In this document: piece after piece, positions 38,501 to 50,267 of the stretch
How the letters are laid out: the number at the start of each line of letters is the position of its first letter
How positions within the stretch are numbered: the stretch's first letter is position 1
DNA from: Podarcis melisellensis
Lineage: Eukaryota
Direction: 5' to 3' (one strand)
Length of the DNA stretch: 64,000 bases
Assembly: GCA_964234715.1 (NCBI GenBank)
Contig: OZ174275.1
The notes under the pieces: model-generated
Told to the model about the DNA's origin: nothing
Databases searched by the model: none
The model's input: the letters and a program-made list of their open reading frames with translations, nothing else
Translations under genes and position numbers: made by a program

Positions 38501-41500
38501 GCCTCCCAGCTGTCCCCGGAGCTTGCAGAGCTGGCGGTGGAGAGAAGCACGCGTCTCCTGGCCGTCAGCCTCCAAACCACATCGGGAGACAGCGGGATGG
38601 CGGCGTTCCGCCTCCCCTCTGTCCCCCGACCTTGTGGGGCTGGCGCTGGGGCTCTCCTGAAGCCTGGAGAGCGAGAGGGGTCGCTGCGCACCGACCCCTC
38701 TCGCTCTCCAGGCTTCAGTGAAAGCCTGCATTCGCCCCATAGGACGCACACACATTTCCCCTTCATTTTTGGAGGGGAAAAAGTGCGTCGTATAGGGCGA
38801 AAAACACGGTACCTTAAAAGATAGCTTGCTCCCCACTGCGGATCTTCCCTTGCAGTGTGGAAAATGGAGAATTAAATAAATAAACGTGCATCTGTCCAGT
38901 ATACTCTCAGTTCAGGCAAGTCAATACTGAGGTCTCATATGCTTGTCTAGTGGTCCACAATAACACTCCCTGCTCCCTCTCTATGTGTGTCTTCCTAGAA
39001 CATGCCCCAAACCCCTTGGCAAAACTACTGAAGATCTATGGCATTTGCCAATGTGGAAAGTGTGCAGAAAAATATGAAAAACACTCCCATAACACTTAGG
39101 TCCAGAGGCTCTTCCCTCTGATCCTACCACGCAATGCCAAACTGCATTCACTTAATCCAGGGGTGGGAGGGCCTTTTTCTGAAACTCCCCTCCTATTTTC
39201 CTAATGATTTTGTGCTAAAAGCCTTTTATAATATGATTTTCAATGGATGATTTAATAGCTTTGAGAACTTCAGTGCCACGGCTCTTGGGCTCAGAGATGA
39301 AAATGTGATGCACTTATTTCTGGATAAATGTAAATAGAGTTTCTCCTCAAACCTTTTTTCCCCTCACACTGAAAAGTGCACAAATGGCTACTGACAAGGA
39401 ACAAGGGGCACTTTGTCTTAGGCTTACTTGGATTATCCCAAGTTGCTGTCTTAGATTATTTCCACGCAAGTAACAATATGATACTTAGCTATGACACTGG
39501 TCTCAGGAATCATGGAATTTTTTTCAGAAGTTGCTGGTGGTGCTAAACAAAGAACTATACCTGGATCTGCCAAATGCACCACCAACAGTTATGTGGAATC
39601 TTATTGTCATATGTGTGGAGGTGACACACACAAGGACAGTCTTGCAAGGACTGTATGTTTTTTCCTCCTCCAGGCTGTGAGGCTGGAGTCGGCTCGAGCT
39701 CACCGGATCCGGTACTTGCTGGTTGTGTCAGCAGCAGAGGTGGAGAGCAAGAGTGAGATGGTGCTGCTGGGAGTTGACTTCCCTGAAGAAGGGTGAGAGG
39801 ACAAGGGAAGGAGCACGAAGATGCAGAAGGGGTGGGGCCCAGGCACTTCTAAGCTAGAAAGCTTCCAGCAGTCTATACTGTCTTGCCTTGTATCTTCTGC
39901 ATGATGTCTTTCATCAAGGCTTGGACCAAAATGAGATACCCAATAAGGCTGCTATTCTTGACCCACTTGCCTGAGAATAGGCCCCATTTAATTATATAGG
40001 ACTTTCGTTCTGAGTAGACATGACTAGGATTGTGCTGGAAGTCTCTTAGACTACAGGCTGATGCACACTACTTCCTTGAAAGTAAGCCCCATTGAACGCG
40101 GTGGATCTTACTTCTGAACAAACATGCATAGGGAACAGGCAACATTCTCTGCTTCAATAACCAAGGTTGTGTTCCAAATTACCATTAGCTGAAGGCAAGT
40201 TCTGTTGAAATTAATGGGGCATGCTTCCAAGAAAATGCACTTGGAAGAACACAACCCCTTTTCTCTCTGCATGATGTTTGTTTAAAACCCTTATCGAAAG
40301 CATCTTTGCTTCAGAGTGCTTTCTTTCTGTCCTTCACTGTGTGTGTGTATCTAAACTCCTTAATGTATTTTACTCCCTGGTCGAACTGGTTTGGCAACCC
40401 TTCACCCAGTCTTTCCTCTCCACCCCATTCCCAATGTCTGTGCTCCAGAAGAACCTTTGTTTATGTATTCAGTAAGGGCACAGGCACTCGAGCATGCCGC
40501 AGGAAGACGTCCAAATCAAGGAGCTGAATGGAAGATAGCAGTGCAGTTCGCCAAGCACCTCTGTCACAGCTCTGGAATGCTTACTTGGCTTTGCTATCAG
40601 TGATTTTTACAATGCTGATCAAGCTATTGGAAAAGCAGGTTAAGAGGCGAGTGCAGATGGGGTGAATGGGGAAGGTTTGTAGGACAAGCACAGGGACTAT
40701 AACAGGGGTCAGCAAACTTCTTCAGCGGGGGGGAACCAGTCCACTGTCTCTCACACCTTGTGGGGGGCTGGACTATATTGGGGGGGTGAACGAATTCCTA
40801 TGCCCCACAAATAACCCAGAGATGCATTTTACTTATGTAAAAGCACACTGATTCCAGGACCACCCGCAAGCCGGTTTGAGAAGGCGATTGGGCCAGATCC
40901 AGCCCCCAGGCCTTAGTTTGCCTACCCATGGACTATAATAACCCCTTCAGTAGCTACCTGATCTCTTCTCTCTTTGCCTCTCAGTTCGGCTGCCTGCACA
41001 CTGGGGATGGTGCTTCCGCTTTGGAGCGACACTCAGGTCTTCCTTGATGGCGATGGGTAAGAGACATACCTAACCCCACCAGGCACCCACAATGCTCTAT
41101 GTAATAGTAATCCTCATATAAGCTTTGTGCTTTGCAAACAAACTAGGATACTCAAACAGACTGAGATAGTGAGAGGCCACTTTTTTGGTGTGTGTTTATT
41201 TTTCTCCTCGCCCAGTTTCACCAACAATGCCTGCTCTCTCATCTGACTTGAAAATGGTCTCCACAGACTACAAACCACTTACATCCTGAATAGCTACGGG
41301 AGGGTTTGGGTTTTTTTGCTGTCTCTCCCTCCTGTGGAAACCAAGCATTCTTTTCTGCATGGTCTCTTTTTCTTAAAAAGTCTCCTTGAGAGCCTGCCCC
41401 ATGCTGTGTCTCATTTTATGGTTGTTGTTGTTAATAATAGCTATGTAGCACCACTAATGTGCACAGCTTTATTTCAGTGAGTCATACTTGTGTTTGGTTC

Positions 41501-44500
41501 CATGATGGAAAAGGACTAGGGTATGTGTGTTCATGCCAAACTTTTCACAGGAAAGGTATGTTTTGAAGGAAATCCAAGAAGGTCTACTTCACACAGGTTT
41601 CCTGGAGAGCAGTTCTAGGCATAAGGGGCAAAAGGGGGTAAAGGGCAGAGTCATCTGAGTTAGCAGGAGAGCTTCAGGCAGTTGAAGGTGGTTGAGCTGG
41701 AGGCACAAAGGCCTTGAGTGGCCATATTTTGGGATAAAAGAGCAAAGAGATGGACCTCTGGGCCTTAATTAGCCGTGTTTAGGGAAGTTTTTAATTTTTG
41801 ATGTTTTATTCTGTTTTTAATTTGATGGGAGCCACCCAGATTGGCTGGGGAAACCCAGCTGGATGGGCAGGGTATAAATAAATTATGATGGTGATGATCA
41901 TGATGATAACAAAATTAAAAAATTCCTTCCAGTAGCACCAGTAGCACCTTAGAGACTAGTAGCACCTTCAGATACATTGAGTGTATCTGCAGAAGTGTGC
42001 ATGTACACGAAAGCTCATACCAATAACAAACTTAGTTGGTCTCTAAGGTGCTACTGGAAGGAATTTTTTTTATTTTGTTTCCACTACAGCAGATCAACAC
42101 GGCTACCTACCTGTAACTAGATGATGATGATGATGATGGAGGGCTAACTAGGGTTCAGGGTCAACCCAATGTATTTTGGAGGTTCAGGCAAAAAAAATAC
42201 ATAAATCCAAATTGTACCTTCCAACGAAAAAATAGATAAATAAAAAGCAGACACTTTGCCACCCTTCAGTGGCAATCCAAGTCTGCTGCCTGAGGCAATC
42301 CACCGCCCCAGCTAATGGTACTGCCAACTGTTCACAACCCACTGCAAGCTTAAGCCACTTAACTCTGCACTGAAGCATAGACTTCATATTCACCGTGTCT
42401 GGCCCAGTCCAGGATTTATTAAAGTCAGGGATCAAATCTGCCATGAATATTATACACTGGTCGCATTTCTCAGCAGGCAACTCAAAGAGAACTCCTTTGA
42501 CTAGGGCCAGCCTGGATGTTCAACAGCCAGTCCTATTGACTGTGTTCCATCTTCACTAGTGGCTGTATTGTAGGTCATTTTAAGGTGAACAAGGTTTTAG
42601 AAAGTATTTATCCTCACACCTCCCTTGCAAAATGTGCCTGTCCCACAGTGATGCAGAGATAAGCACTACAATCCAGGGACACAGACCGAGGTTTTAACTG
42701 AAAACCTTCAACTTTGTAGTTAAAGCATTAGGTTTGTGTTTCCCAAACTTGGGTCTCCAGCTGTTTTTAGACTCCCATTGTCTCTGACCACTGCTCCTGC
42801 TAGGTAGGAATGATGGGAGTTGTCCAAAAACAGTTGGCAACCCAAATTTGTAAAACACTGCTGTAGATTGCCATTCTCACAATTAGGACCTCACTGGAGC
42901 AAACAGAATAGCTATCAGTGCTAAGAGCTGTTACCCATGGGTGTAACCAAGATTTGGGGGTGGGCAGGACTTTTGTTAGGGAGGCAGAACCAATGTGATT
43001 GGTCAGTTAAGTATTTCTATTGTTTTACTTGATCTAGAGGGGCAGCTGCCCCCCTTGGCTATGCCCATGCTGTTGTCTCAGTCCCCATGCACCCCAGTCA
43101 TGTGTTCTGTTAGACAATGCATTTGCCATTTCAAAAAAATCAGAACTCCTCAAACAGGACACTGGCCAGTCACTAAACCACAACTGCAAGCAATCAGACT
43201 TTCAGGTTTCCTTGTCCAGAAGGGAAAGCAATAGCTCCCTGAAACTCCGCACTAGTTTACACTGCATAGTCAGGAAAGTCACAGGAGCATTCCAACAGCT
43301 GAGGGGCAAACCCACAATACAGGCCTCATCGTAATACCGCACATAAAATACAATTGTCTGTTTAACTTCCAGAGTTACACAGATATCGCTTTGCAACTTA
43401 CTTTTCTGGCTCCCCGCCCCCTCCTGAGGAAAAGTAATCACAAACTAAATCAGTGGGGCCTGACAACTGGCCTGGTTTCAGTAGAGTTGTTAGAATTTTC
43501 CATATTTAACTTGTCCCCTGCAGAAAACTTTATGGTTACAATGAGGGAAGAATAATTTATTTGCTAAGGCTGAGAATTTTTAGAAGGATTAAGCAGTGCA
43601 GAAGAAGCGTACCTAAAATATTGACTTCAGCTGGCGCCATCCTTTCTAGAATGCGTAGATTAAGGTTGTTGCCATTGCACAAGGCAAGAAGCAACACCAT
43701 CCTGACTTTTAGATCTCAAGAGCAGAAAAGGATCAGATTCTCTTTTTTGCTTACAAATGGAACCTGGCACCATGGAAGATCTCAAACTAGTTTCACAACC
43801 GTGCCAAGTACTGCACTGTTCTTTGCCTCTTTCCATATATCTGCATCTCAGGTGGAGCACTCCCAAGTTACTTGTGACACTGCTCTCCCCCTTCTCTTTC
43901 CCCAGGGGCTTCAGTGTGACGTCTGGGGGGCAGACCCGTATCTTTAAGCCCATTTCAGTCCAGACCATGTGGTAAGCAAGGCTGTCAGGTAGGGTGAAAA
44001 GCGCAAGGACATGTGTGGGAAAGGATGAATGTGGGGAACAAGGATATAGTTGCCACTATTGCTTTTGGTAGGCTGGGAGAGGGGCATCATGGAGGAAAAT
44101 GGGAAGAGAGATGTGCATTTCTCTGATGGCAGTGGTAGCCTTCAGAGGATTTTTTTAGCGCATCTCTGATGTCTGATTGTCATCTCTGCTCTCAGGTCAG
44201 CGCTGCAAGTGCTGCACAAGGCATGCAGCGAAGCCATCTGCAACAACCATTTCCCAGGAGGCAGTGCGTTGAGCTGGACCGAGTGGTATCAGAAGGCTGT
44301 GAACTCGGAGCAGAGCTGCATTAATGAATGGCTAGCCATGTCCGACTTGGAATCTGTGCGGCCCACTTCTCCTGCAGCCTTCTCTGACCAGTCAGTGATG
44401 GCCCTTCCCCTCCTAGGGCTGGTTATAGGCTGTGAATGATGTAGTCAGCAAAGCTGCAGTGGTTCCAAGGTGGAACTCAATACCATGCAGTAGTCCAAAG

Positions 44501-47135
44501 CACAGACATTTCAGGTGGCCCTGCTAGCCAGTTTTAGGGACTACTGTGCAGAAAGTGCTTCTTCTGTAGGTCATGAAAGGGAAGGGTCCTTGCTTTTGGG
44601 TTTTTTTGTAATAATAAGGGAGGGAGGGAGATGCTGATCAGAGACACAGATCAGAGCAGAAGCCCACCCCAGTTCAGGTCACGTAGCATCACTTTTTGTG
44701 GTGCACTGGAGTGGAGTGGTTTGGGTACCAAACTAGTACTTGAGAGAGACCCAGGTTAACATTCTTACCTAGCCATTGAGTTCACAGGGTGATATTGGGT
44801 CAGTCAGAGCCTAACCTACCTCACAGCAACTTGTGAGGATAAAATTGAGCTGTGGGGGGGAGTAATCCTTAAGGCCCTCAAAGGAAGCTCAGGACATACA
44901 TGCAATAAATGAACGAGCACATTTACAAATGTGTAAAAGATACCTAGGGAAATGCAAAGCTTTGGCATGGTGTCAAGATTTGTAACCCTACTGCCAGTGG
45001 GGGAGGGATGCTCTAGGCATGCCATGGTGTCTGGGGCAGAGTCTGGCGAGCCAAGAGCTTTGCCGACCCTCCGTCTCTGTGCCTCAGGCCGACAGCACAG
45101 GAGATGACAGAGCGGATGATCCGGGCCAAGCTGCGTGAGGTGATGGCCACCACTGACCTGGAGAACATCACCTCCAAGGAGGTGGGATGTTGGGCCAAGG
45201 GGGTGAGGGAGGAGGGGGCGGGGGAGAGAGAATGTGAGGGAATGGAGACGTGTGTGAGGGGGTGTGTGTGAAAGAGAGAGGGTATGGGAGCAAGGTATGT
45301 AAAACAGGGACTGGGAAGGGAATGTGGGAAAGCAGGGGTATGTATAGGGGTTGGAGTGATGGGTGAGGGAAAGGAATGGGCGTGTCATTAAAAAGCAGCC
45401 AGGCTCAAAAGCAACCACAGGCACTCACAAGCTCCCTCCCTCTTCCTGCAGATCCGTACAGAACTGGAGCGGAGAGCCGGTCGGAGCCTGAACGACTATA
45501 AGGAGTTTATTGACAATGAAATGCTTCTCATTATGGCTCAGATGGATCGGCCCTCCAGGATTTTTGACTATCTCTACTTGGTGAGGAAGTACAGGAGAGG
45601 GACCCATGATGCCAGCAGACTGGAGCTCCAAGCCCCTAAAAATGGCAGTCCCTCCTCTCAACTTAAGAGTCCTCAAAATTCTTTCCTGGAATGGCAGGAA
45701 GATGGAAGCCTTGCTGTTATTTTGAGGCCTCCAGGCTTTGCCTTCCCTTCCACCATAAGAGGACGCAAAGCCCCCTGTAAAGCCTCTCCCTTATACTACC
45801 TACAGGGCCTTCTTGAGAGATAGCATGGGGCAGCAGATTTATATTCTTTACTTCATACAAAGTTGAAGATCACAGCAAGCAGCTAAGGCTGCAATTCTAA
45901 ATGGATGGTTTGCACTGAAATGGTTCCATCTTTGGTGGCCATCAGTCTAGCCTCAACAGGTGGTGGAACATACAGAACAGCCTTGGAAGCTGACCTAAGA
46001 AACTGGACAGGCGCTATTAAATTAGTATACCGCCCTATACCTGTAGGTCTCAGGGCGGTTCACAGTTACTCCCTCACATAAAAATCACAACCAAGCACAC
46101 CAGGAAGATGACTCTGCTATCTTTCTATATGCTGGCAGTTTTTCCTGTTGGGGACATATTCAAAACCTCAGTTCCTTCACCTACCCAGTCTGCAATGTTA
46201 TAAGCTAGGAGGGACTCTTCCACATGATTTGGCTAAATTTGTTCGGTTTTGAGTATTTAATGAGCAATTGCAGGATGGCTGAATGTTTGTGAACTATTTG
46301 CACTCGCCTGGGACTGAGCTCTGTGCATGGTGTTGTTCCTTTTTGTCCCAGGGCTCTGAATGGAATGCAGCCAACTTTGAGGAGCTTCAAAGGAACAGGT
46401 ATGTCACCAAAAGATGCTGCTCAGAGAGCAAGACTAGTACCTTCGGGAACTTCATCTGATCTGGATTCCTTGGACACTGAGATGACCATTTGGCACACCT
46501 CTCCATGTAAACTTGCCTTCTAGTCAGAAGGGATTTCTACTATGCATTCCAACCCGACTGAGATACTGAGCAACTGCAGTGGGGGTTGTTTAGGAAATGG
46601 GACATGGTTTAGTTAGTTGAGGCCATGCTTAAAACATGGTGAAAAAGAGCTGCTCACATTCTTGATTACTCCTTGCCTTGCCTTACAGGGTCAGCCACAT
46701 CCTTAATGTCACCCGTGAGATCGACAACTTCTTTCCAGAGCACTTTACGTACATGAATGTCCGGCTCTATGATGAGGAAACCTCACAGCTGCTGCCACAC
46801 TGGAAGGAAACTTACAACTTCATTTCGGCTGCCTGGTGAGAAGTGGACACCAAGGTGGTAGTTGTGATTTCAGCTGCAGCACTTGTGTATTGCAAGCTAG
46901 GCTTACCAACATGGTCCCCAGCTAGTCAATGGGATTGCAGGCACAGAAATGGGCTTTTCAGTGGGAATCCAAGGGCTGAGGTAGAAGAGAAGGGCTCCTG
47001 CCACAAAAAGCCCCCACCTCCCTGAATGAAATGTCAGCTGTTGTTTGAGAGGGCCTGTGATACCAGGTAGGACTGTCAACCTATTCTCTCCTTTCACCCC
47101 AGAATATTTTGTAGGTGAGAATTTGGCACAGCCCT

Positions 47136-47184
<49 letters not shown>

Positions 47185-49583
47185 CCCATCAGACTGGGTT
47201 GCCTCAATACACCCCCTACTTCATTAAGAAGTACGATGCCATCAGTTCCTAGCTTTTGATCTCTGTCAGATTTGACACAGCCAGTTACACGTTTGGAAGA
47301 GCAAGCAGCTGAATTCATCCATCTCCTCCCAGCACCCTAACCACTACACCACACTGGCTGTTGAACAACCATAATGTTTTCCAAGCAGCAATGATAGTCA
47401 CTTGCTTGGATTCATCATGATCACAGCAGAGTGGCCTCAGCATAATATAGCTAATCTGTGCCTTGGCAAGTGTTGAGTTAGGCCAAGAAGCTGGGGTATC
47501 CTACGCTTGGCTGAAGGTACAGCAACTGGATGCTGAATTTCATGACTGTCCTGGGTGATGCTGTAGCCCTGCTTATAGCAAATATTCATTCCCCACAGGG
47601 CGCAAGGCTCTCGGGTGTTGGTGCACTGCAAGATGGGCGTGAGCCGCTCTGGCTCCACAGTGATTGCATATGCCATGAAGGAGTACGGATGGTCACTTGA
47701 GCAGGCCCTTTCCCATGTACGGGAACGACGCCCAATTGTCCACCCCAATCCAGGATTCATGAGACAGCTGGAGCTTTATCAGGGCATTCTGGACGCAAGG
47801 TAAATCCAAGGGGAGGGAGAGCAGGTCTGGTCACTGTGTATGTATGTGGGGAGGGCAAGGGAGACTGATGGGAGCTGCAGCTGACCAGCCTGATCAGACC
47901 ACAGCAGAAGGCTTTGTTTTTATTGTCCAAGAGCCAAACTACATGTTACATGCAACAGCATGATGATCCTCTTAGACTGGAAAATCTACTTTCAGTGGGG
48001 CTATTGGGATCAGAGAAGATCTCCCCTTCCTGGGATTCTAAGCACCTGTGTGCAAAGGCAAACAGGAAAGATTCCGTGTGGAAAAAAATGATGGGGGTGC
48101 CAAAGAGTGGCAAGGAAAAGATCCGGCATCCATGCCATCTGCTCCATTTCCAACTTCCACTCCAAAGCACTTCTTCCAGTTAAAAAGGGCTGTTTCGTAT
48201 TGTTATGCACACGATATTTAATCTTAAACAGGGAGCCACTGATAGCAAAATTGTCCCACATTAATAGTGCAGCAAAAATTAAATAGACATTGTGATTATC
48301 TTTAATATGTGTAATTAATGCTTCTCACTGTAATTCAAAGTCCATTCTTTATTTGGTTCTTTATTTAGCATTCCTTGCTGAATAATCTCTTACATTGTTC
48401 ACCTCATGTTACTACACAGCCGACACAGCAGCCTATGGGAACAAAAGGCAGGAGATGCCCACTCAGAAGATTCTCCAGATATAAGTGATGCCAGCAGTGA
48501 TCCTTCAGGAAGCCCATACTACGAGACTTTAAGCTCAGAAGAAGAACCAGAGGAGCCAGTGACAACCCCCCAGTATTGCTTTCGTCCTTTGCGGGAACCT
48601 CCTGAAGAACCTCACCATCCCGTGGACCCTCCTGATAGTCCCAGGCTCAGTCTTCAGGCCACAGAAGAACCTGGGGCATCGGATGACTCTGGAGCTGAGG
48701 AAGTGCGAAGACACCTGGCTACGATGAGAGTGCCAGAGAAGCCAGCCACGCTCAGACGGGAACGCATCAATCTCTATGCTGTCATGCGCAGCATCAGTGA
48801 AATGGACAGCCCAGAACGCCACATCTCTGTACCAGAGTGTGCTGCTGAGGAAGAGGTAAGAGGGTCATGTAAGGGCATGCTCCCAGAGAGAGGCAAGTGG
48901 AAAGAGTGAGGGAACTTATAATGGAGCCTCAAGGCATACAAGGGAAACAAAAATGGCAATGCATAAATCAGTGGATCTGAAACCTCAGCTAATGCGAAGA
49001 TGAATGGTAGAGGCAGGATGAAGAAAAATCCTTTGTAATTGCTGGCCCTCATTCAGTCTACCTCTTCTTCCTCCAACAGGTATTTCTTCATGATGAAAAG
49101 AAGAAGACTGTGACCTTTGAGCCATTTCCCCAAAATGAAGAGAATTCAGGGTCAGGAACAGACTCTACAGCAAAGGTGCCACTGCCAGAGGAAGAGGAGG
49201 CTCAGGGTCGCAGGGCCAGGCGACGCGGGCGGAGGGCTCACCGGGGACGTCGCCATGTCTGCAAGCAGCTTTCATACTACCCGGCACCAGGCAGGGTGCG
49301 CAAAGTTGTCCAGCGCATGGAGGGCCCTGTCCCATTTGGCCGCAGGCCCGCCTTACAACACCGGCTCTCTGTGGCTCAGCTGGCTGATGCTGCCCTGGTG
49401 GTGAGCCGGGCCAAGGAGTTTGAGGGATACACAGATCCCGAAGGACCAGACAAGCTCCGGTCCCCTTCTCCTCAGGAATCCAAACCTGAGGAAAGCACTG
49501 CCCTCTGTTCTTCCTTGCCCTGCTCCCGGTCCCGGCGGATGGTTCGCCAGGCCAGCGTAGACATGGACCCCAACTCAGGGTGA
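29140..49583 (+). CDS. SSH3: Protein phosphatase Slingshot homolog 3 (SSH-N, DEK-C, dual-specificity phosphatase domain); whole spliced CDS span, 14 exons, 2304 nt = 767 aa
   Basis: join(29140-29205,34132-34169,36508-36697,39674-39792,40985-41056,43906-43971,44196-44390,45088-45181,45452-45580,46352-46398,46689-46835,47599-47799,48420-48855,49080-49583). MALVTV..SP start, catalytic loop [13 protein letters not shown]3-type tail motifs [12 protein letters not shown] and [10 protein letters not shown]. Syntenic with ANKRD13D. Confidence 0.95.
34132..34169 (+). CDS. SSH3: SSH3 exon 2
   Basis: ttgcag|[12 protein letters not shown]|gtaagg; 38 nt, restores phase. Confidence 0.85.
34900..35165 (-). 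mobile_element. Degraded L2-clade LINE fragment
   Basis: Minus-strand peptide [21 protein letters not shown]. Confidence 0.6.
36508..36697 (+). CDS. SSH3: SSH3 exon 3
   Basis: [14 protein letters not shown]...[18 protein letters not shown]. Confidence 0.92.
38345..38809. mobile_element. Tc1/mariner-superfamily (Tc2/pogo-like) MITE with TA target duplication
   Basis: TIRs CTGTATTTTTCGCCCCATAGGA... / ...GTATAGGGCGAAAAACACGG, flanked by TA at 38343-38344 and 38810-38811; internal repeats of cccataggacgcac. Confidence 0.8.
39674..39792 (+). CDS. SSH3: SSH3 exon 4
   Basis: [19 protein letters not shown]...LLGVDFPEE. Confidence 0.92.
40703..40930. mobile_element. hAT-superfamily MITE with 8-bp TSD
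   Basis: TIRs CAGGGGTCAGCAAACT / AGTTTGCCTACCCATG; perfect TSD GACTATAA at 40695-40702 and 40931-40938. Confidence 0.85.
40985..41056 (+). CDS. SSH3: SSH3 exon 5
   Basis: [24 protein letters not shown]. Confidence 0.92.
41910..42120. mobile_element. Penelope-like retroelement end with inverted terminal duplication
   Basis: aattccttccagtagcacc(ttagagac) inverted against gtctctaaggtgctactggaaggaatt; gaaagctcat motif typical of squamate Penelope ends; inserted in a (GAT)n run. Confidence 0.6.
43906..43971 (+). CDS. SSH3: SSH3 exon 6
   Basis: [22 protein letters not shown]. Confidence 0.92.
44196..44390 (+). CDS. SSH3: SSH3 exon 7
   Basis: [13 protein letters not shown]...[17 protein letters not shown]. 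Confidence 0.92.
44705..44850 (+). mobile_element. MIR/CORE-like SINE remnant
   Basis: gagacccaggtt...gggtgatattgggtcagtca..agcctaacctacctcacag..ttgtgaggataaaat. Confidence 0.55.
45088..45181 (+). CDS. SSH3: SSH3 exon 8 (DEK-C)
   Basis: [31 protein letters not shown]. Confidence 0.92.
45452..45580 (+). CDS. SSH3: SSH3 exon 9
   Basis: [43 protein letters not shown]. Confidence 0.92.
46352..46398 (+). CDS. SSH3: SSH3 exon 10
   Basis: [15 protein letters not shown]. Confidence 0.92.
46689..46835 (+). CDS. SSH3: SSH3 exon 11
   Basis: [48 protein letters not shown]. Confidence 0.92.
47139..47184. repeat. (TAA)n microsatellite, about 15 units
   Basis: Direct reading; source of the poly-I and poly-L ORFs. 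Confidence 0.95.
47599..47799 (+). CDS. SSH3: SSH3 exon 12 (catalytic HCxxGxxR loop)
   Basis: [24 protein letters not shown]...[18 protein letters not shown]. Confidence 0.94.
48420..48855 (+). CDS. SSH3: SSH3 exon 13
   Basis: RHSSLWEQK...[17 protein letters not shown]...AAEEE|gtaaga. Confidence 0.9.
49080..49583 (+). CDS. SSH3: SSH3 exon 14 (stop)
   Basis: caacag|[18 protein letters not shown]...[16 protein letters not shown]. Confidence 0.9.
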   Translation, partial: VFLHDEKKKTVTFEPFPQNEENSGSGTDSTAKVPLPEEEEAQGRRARRRGRRAHRGRRHVCKQLSYYPAPGRVRKVVQRMEGPVPFGRRPALQHRLSVAQLADAALVVSRAKEFEGYTDPEGPDKLRSPSPQESKPEESTALCSSLPCSRSRRMVRQASVDMDPNSG

Positions 49584-50261
49584 AGCCCTTGCTGTGGCAT
49601 TTCTCCCTTTCTTCTGTTCATAAGTGGAGTGATAAATGGAGCCCTGAAGGCCAAACAGGTTCACTTCCTATTGTTGGGGGCTTTTTTCCTCTGCCTGAAG
49701 CACTATTGGCAGTTGGTGTGGGAAGTGGCAATTTAAAGCTGCCTGGGAGAAGGGCAGGAAAGAGGAGGAAGGAAGACCATCCCTTTAAGAGACTATAGTG
49801 CTTCACAGGCTCTTCATCTCTTTCCATAGCTATGGAACTGCACTGGGGGGCAACCAGCGCTCTTATGGGGCTCTGTCCCATCCACTTATTGCAGACCTCT
49901 AAATGGCCTTGAAGACTGCACAGCTCCAAGATTTATACTGCAGGCACTTCTGCTTCTTCCTTCAACACACTTTTGATAACACTATCCTTTGTTAAAGCCG
50001 TGGGGGTCCCTGTGGCCTCCCAAGATGTCGCTGGGCTCTTAACTCTCTCCAGCCCTGCCAGCATGGTGAATGGTCAGAGATGATGAGAGTAGTAGTCCAG
50101 CACATGAGGAGGGCTCTGGGCTCCCCACATCCCTGCTTTATGAGGTGGGGCCAGGGAAGTAGTATCTCACTGTGATCATAACCGGGGAAGAAATGCCCCC
50201 TGTTTACTTTTGCACACACATACGCAACCACTGTGCCATTGCCAGCTTCACTCTGCTTGGG

Positions 50262-50267
50262 AATAAA
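50262..50267 (+). terminator. Probable SSH3 polyadenylation signal
   Basis: AATAAA about 680 nt after the stop, with downstream U/GU-rich sequence. Confidence 0.6.

Noticed and set aside
37837-38836. 309-aa and other ORFs on both strands in SSH3 intron 3
   Set aside because: They run across a GC-rich MITE and its palindrome (mirror peptides LKPGEREGS appear on both strands); no transposase motifs.
47045-47318. Poly-Ile and poly-Leu ORFs
   Set aside because: Translation of the (TAA)n microsatellite.
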